A stretch of 64,000 bases of DNA, from the NCBI GenBank assembly GCA_041651055.1, contig JBAZJW010000002.1, positions 90,980 through 154,979 of the forward strand. The letters run 5' to 3'. The notes below the pieces were generated by a model. The model had not been told where the DNA came from. It worked only from the letters and a program-made list of their open reading frames with translations, and ran no database searches. Both the position numbers and the translations under genes were made by a program. This stretch comes from Minisyncoccota bacterium (lineage in GTDB: Bacteria > Patescibacteriota > Minisyncoccia > Phycocordibacterales > UBA5272). The first letter of the stretch is position 1, and the number at the start of each line of letters is the position of its first letter. This document shows positions 60,684-64,000 of this stretch, one piece after another.

Positions 60684-61732
60684 AAGTTGGTGTGATATTG
60701 GATGATTTTTCCTATTATAACTTCTCTCCTGAATTTCAGGCCATTAAAATAAGTAGTAAAAATTTTATGAATGACATTAAAAATATAGATATGTTGTTTG
60801 TTGAATCTGCCTGGGCCGGAAACAACAATCAATGGAGACTAGTTATAGGTCCTAACAATAGGTGGGTTGATGGTGCTATTAATTCTATCATAAATGTGTG
60901 TAAAAAAAGAGGAATTCCTACAGTTTTTTGGAATAAAGAAGATCCCGTACACTTTAAGAATTTTTTGTGGTTAGCAAAAAAGTTTGATTTTGTTTTCACT
61001 ACAGATGATGGTTCCATTAATAAATATAGAAGTGCTTTGAAACACAACAGAATCTATGCGCTTCCTTTTGCCGCCCAACCAATGTATCAATACCCTTCTG
61101 TGTTGTCTGGAAGGAACAAGAACCCGTGTTTTGCTGGTACATACTGGAATAAACAGCATTTGCATCGGAAAAAACAAATGGAGTGCGTTCTGAAACCATG
61201 CATTCCATATGGTTTGCATATTTATGATAGAAAGAAAGTTGGTGGTGCCGGTAATAGTTTTCCAGGCCCATATGATAAGTGTGTGGTGGGTGGAGTTCCG
61301 TTTTTGGAGTTAATGAATAAATATAGAAATTATAGGTTTTTTGTAAATGTTAACATAGTTACGAATTCAAATACGATGTTTTCTAGAAGAGTTTTTGAAA
61401 TAGCATCCTGTGGTACGCCTATTTTGAGTTATCCTTCTTTGGGAATGAAAAGGGTTTTCGGTGATTCCATTGTGTTTTCTGATTCAGAGGAAAAATCGCG
61501 TGAATATATAAGAAACATACTGTCTAATGATGCATATTGGGAGGAGTTGTCTATTAAAGGGATAAAGGTTGTATATGGTAAAAATACCTATTCGCACAGA
61601 TTTGATAGGATATGTAGGATTGTCGGTGTTCGTACTCCGGATGTTGTTACTAGAAGGATCGAGTTATACGATAGGGTTATGAAATGCAACTCTGTGTCTG
61701 AGGCATCATTGTTGATGCGTGAGATACTATGA
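60680..61732 (+). CDS. CgeB-like GT-B glycosyltransferase
   Basis: FVESAW, PTVFWNKEDPVHF, LPFAAQP, MFSRRVFEIASCGTP, TYSHR. Confidence 0.8.
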   Translation: MKVGVILDDFSYYNFSPEFQAIKISSKNFMNDIKNIDMLFVESAWAGNNNQWRLVIGPNNRWVDGAINSIINVCKKRGIPTVFWNKEDPVHFKNFLWLAKKFDFVFTTDDGSINKYRSALKHNRIYALPFAAQPMYQYPSVLSGRNKNPCFAGTYWNKQHLHRKKQMECVLKPCIPYGLHIYDRKKVGGAGNSFPGPYDKCVVGGVPFLELMNKYRNYRFFVNVNIVTNSNTMFSRRVFEIASCGTPILSYPSLGMKRVFGDSIVFSDSEEKSREYIRNILSNDAYWEELSIKGIKVVYGKNTYSHRFDRICRIVGVRTPDVVTRRIELYDRVMKCNSVSEASLLMREIL

Positions 61733-62418
61733 CAGATTCAAACATTTTATCCGCAATAAAGAAAAATACAATGCTAGGTAGCATTACGTTTAATAATATC
61801 ATAAAACAAGTAAAATACGTAATAAAGAATGGTGTGGAAGGGGACTATGTGGAGTGTGGTGTTTGGAAAGGTGGGGGTGCTGCTATTGCAGCAAAAACCT
61901 TTTTAGATAATAAATCTGTCAGATGCATGCACTTGTTTGATGTGTTCGATGATCCTCCTATGCCCACCGTACATGACGATGAAAAACTTGTGAAAAAACT
62001 TGGAGGAATAAGGACAGGTGAATGTAAATCTATAAAAGGATGTTATGCAAGAATGGGTAAATCCGGTCCAGGGACAGAAAATGGTGCAAGGAATTTAATA
62101 ATTAATAAAGTTGGGTATTGTGAAAAGAACGTGCAATTCTATAAAGGTTGGTTTCAGGACACTGTTCCTGCAGCAAAAGAGGGCATCAATAAAATTTCTG
62201 TGTTTGTGTTAGATTGTGGGTATTATGATGCTAGTGTTGTTTGTTTAGAAAATTTATATGAAAAGCTGGAAGGAAAAGGTATTATGATTGTTGATAATTA
62301 TTTTACGTATTCTGGGTGCAGGAAGGCAGTGGATGAATACTTAAATAAAATTGGCGAAAAACCAAACATGGTTCGAGTTAATAAAGACTGCGTGTGTTGG
62401 CACAGGCACAGGATATGA
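61729..62418 (+). CDS. TylF/MycF-family (macrocin-type) O-methyltransferase
   Basis: VEGDYVECGVWKGG, LFD.F, KGWFQDT, GCRKAVDEY. Confidence 0.85.
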   Translation: MTDSNILSAIKKNTMLGSITFNNIIKQVKYVIKNGVEGDYVECGVWKGGGAAIAAKTFLDNKSVRCMHLFDVFDDPPMPTVHDDEKLVKKLGGIRTGECKSIKGCYARMGKSGPGTENGARNLIINKVGYCEKNVQFYKGWFQDTVPAAKEGINKISVFVLDCGYYDASVVCLENLYEKLEGKGIMIVDNYFTYSGCRKAVDEYLNKIGEKPNMVRVNKDCVCWHRHRI

Positions 62419-64000
62419 AAATATTACACATTGGGGGATCTCATTCCATACACTTATCAGATTTGGTGTATGAATTAGATAAGTTGGGTCACAAACAATG
62501 CGTATTTAGTTACAGGAAAAAGAGCACACTAAAAAATTCAATACCGGTTTATTATTATCCATATGATTCTTTCTATCCTGATGTAGTTGACGCAAACAAA
62601 TCAGCGTGTGTTAGGGGCATGCTGAAGAGAATTGTTGAAAAAGAACAGCCAGATTTAGTCCATGTGCATTTTATTATCGTTGGGTGTGTACCGTTGTTGC
62701 TTTTAGATTCTATAAAGAAACTGCCGGTAATTGTATCGCCGTGGAACCTTAGGTTTATGGGCAGCGTGGGAATATTAGGCAAAAGGATAAGACGTTCATT
62801 TGAAATATGCGACAGAGTGTTGTTTGGATCAGATGTAATATTTAGATGTTTTCAAAAAGACTATCAAATTCACGAAAATAGGTATTCGTTCTACAAACTT
62901 CCCCTTGATTTAGACTGGTACATGCATTCTGATGTAGACTGTTCATGTCCTAAAATACTCTCTGCCAGGGTTATGCAACCAACAAACCACCAAGATTTGC
63001 TATTATATGCAATTAAGAAGATGAGAGAGGGTGGTGGGGATGTGCACGCAACATTTATTGTTGGTCAAAGCCGAGAGCAAGGTATCAATTACTTCAATAA
63101 AATGAAGGCACTCTCACGCGGACTTAATATTGAAAAACTGTGTACTTTTATAGATCGCAGTTTATCTCAAGATGAGTTTAAAAAGCTTATTGCAAAACAC
63201 AATATTGTGTATTCTGTGTCTGAAGACTCTGGTTATTCACAAACAACAATACAATCATTGTGTGCCGGTGTGGTCACTTTAGTAAGAGAAAATGTACTAG
63301 AAAAAAATCTTGCTGATAACAACAAGAATTTACTTCCAGTTAAACTAGACGTAGCTGGGGTGTATAATGGGCTAAAAAAAGCAGTTGATGGTCTGCAGAA
63401 TCTGTGCATACCTGTCGGTGAACGAAACAAAGCATTGTTGTTGTATGATAAATCTGTAACTATGCCGACATTGAACTGGATTTATCTGAATATCAACAAA
63501 TGTAAAATTTGTGGTGATGTTGTGAGAATAGAAGAAATTTCTGGGCATGATTTGTGTATATGTAATGCGTGTGGTGTTAGGTATCATCGTAGTACCCCCT
63601 CTGGTAGATTTTTGGATAATTACTACAAAGGTCTTTCGAAGAGATTTGGTAGTATTCAGAAGGCCATAAACAGAAACCACAATCAGAACAAAAAATCTTT
63701 TGAGGTGTATGTACGCGAGGTTAAAGAGAACGTGCCTGTTGGATCAAGAATTTTAGACGTAGGATGTTATGATGGACTATTAGTAAAGATGTTGGTTGAT
63801 GCCGGTTATTTGGCAGAAGGAATAGAGATAAATAGTGAATTGGTGAGGTGCAGCAAAAAATATGGAGTCAATGTAACGAATTGCGACATAAGCAATTTTA
63901 ATAATAAATTCCAATACGATACGGTTATATCTCATGCAGTTTTGGAACACCAGCCAGATCCATTCATATTTATTGATAAAATAAAAAGTGTGCTGTCCGA
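62415..64000 (+). CDS. GT4-like glycosyltransferase fused to a zinc-ribbon/class I SAM methyltransferase (partial, runs off the window)
   Basis: hand translation from ATG 62415 has no stop: MKILHIGG, QPDLVHVH, CKIC..CNAC, ILDVGC, HAVLEH. Confidence 0.75.
   Translation, partial: MKILHIGGSHSIHLSDLVYELDKLGHKQCVFSYRKKSTLKNSIPVYYYPYDSFYPDVVDANKSACVRGMLKRIVEKEQPDLVHVHFIIVGCVPLLLLDSIKKLPVIVSPWNLRFMGSVGILGKRIRRSFEICDRVLFGSDVIFRCFQKDYQIHENRYSFYKLPLDLDWYMHSDVDCSCPKILSARVMQPTNHQDLLLYAIKKMREGGGDVHATFIVGQSREQGINYFNKMKALSRGLNIEKLCTFIDRSLSQDEFKKLIAKHNIVYSVSEDSGYSQTTIQSLCAGVVTLVRENVLEKNLADNNKNLLPVKLDVAGVYNGLKKAVDGLQNLCIPVGERNKALLLYDKSVTMPTLNWIYLNINKCKICGDVVRIEEISGHDLCICNACGVRYHRSTPSGRFLDNYYKGLSKRFGSIQKAINRNHNQNKKSFEVYVREVKENVPVGSRILDVGCYDGLLVKMLVDAGYLAEGIEINSELVRCSKKYGVNVTNCDISNFNNKFQYDTVISHAVLEHQPDPFIFIDKIKSVLS

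Overview
A 64-kb segment of a large contractile-tailed (myovirus-like) dsDNA phage genome, read in the standard genetic code. 1-40.4 kb (+ strand): head-associated and neck genes; a block of virion-like LamG and beta-helix proteins that unexpectedly carry N-terminal signal peptides; small enzymes (GNAT, HAD, dCMP deaminase, macro domain, metallophosphoesterase, UDP-sugar dehydrogenase); and a tail module (sheath, tube, frameshifted chaperone, tape measure, hub, spike, baseplate, fibre) interrupted by an inverted DHH phosphoesterase. 40.4-54.6 kb (- strand): an early/accessory block with six related sigma70-type promoter cassettes. It holds a RavA/MoxR-type AAA ATPase with a class 3 intein and its VWA partner, tRNA-Lys(UUU), a P22 gp17-like protein, an HNH gene enclosed in a long predicted RNA helix that ends exactly at the anticodon of a half tRNA-Glu, a stand-alone TnpB, a type IIG-like restriction-modification enzyme, a J-domain protein and a metallopeptidase. 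54.7-55.0 kb: a repeat- and hairpin-rich, origin-like switch region. 55.1-64 kb (+ strand): a glycosyltransferase/methyltransferase cluster containing a RuvC-like nuclease. All product calls come from motif recognition by eye and from synteny; no database search was run.
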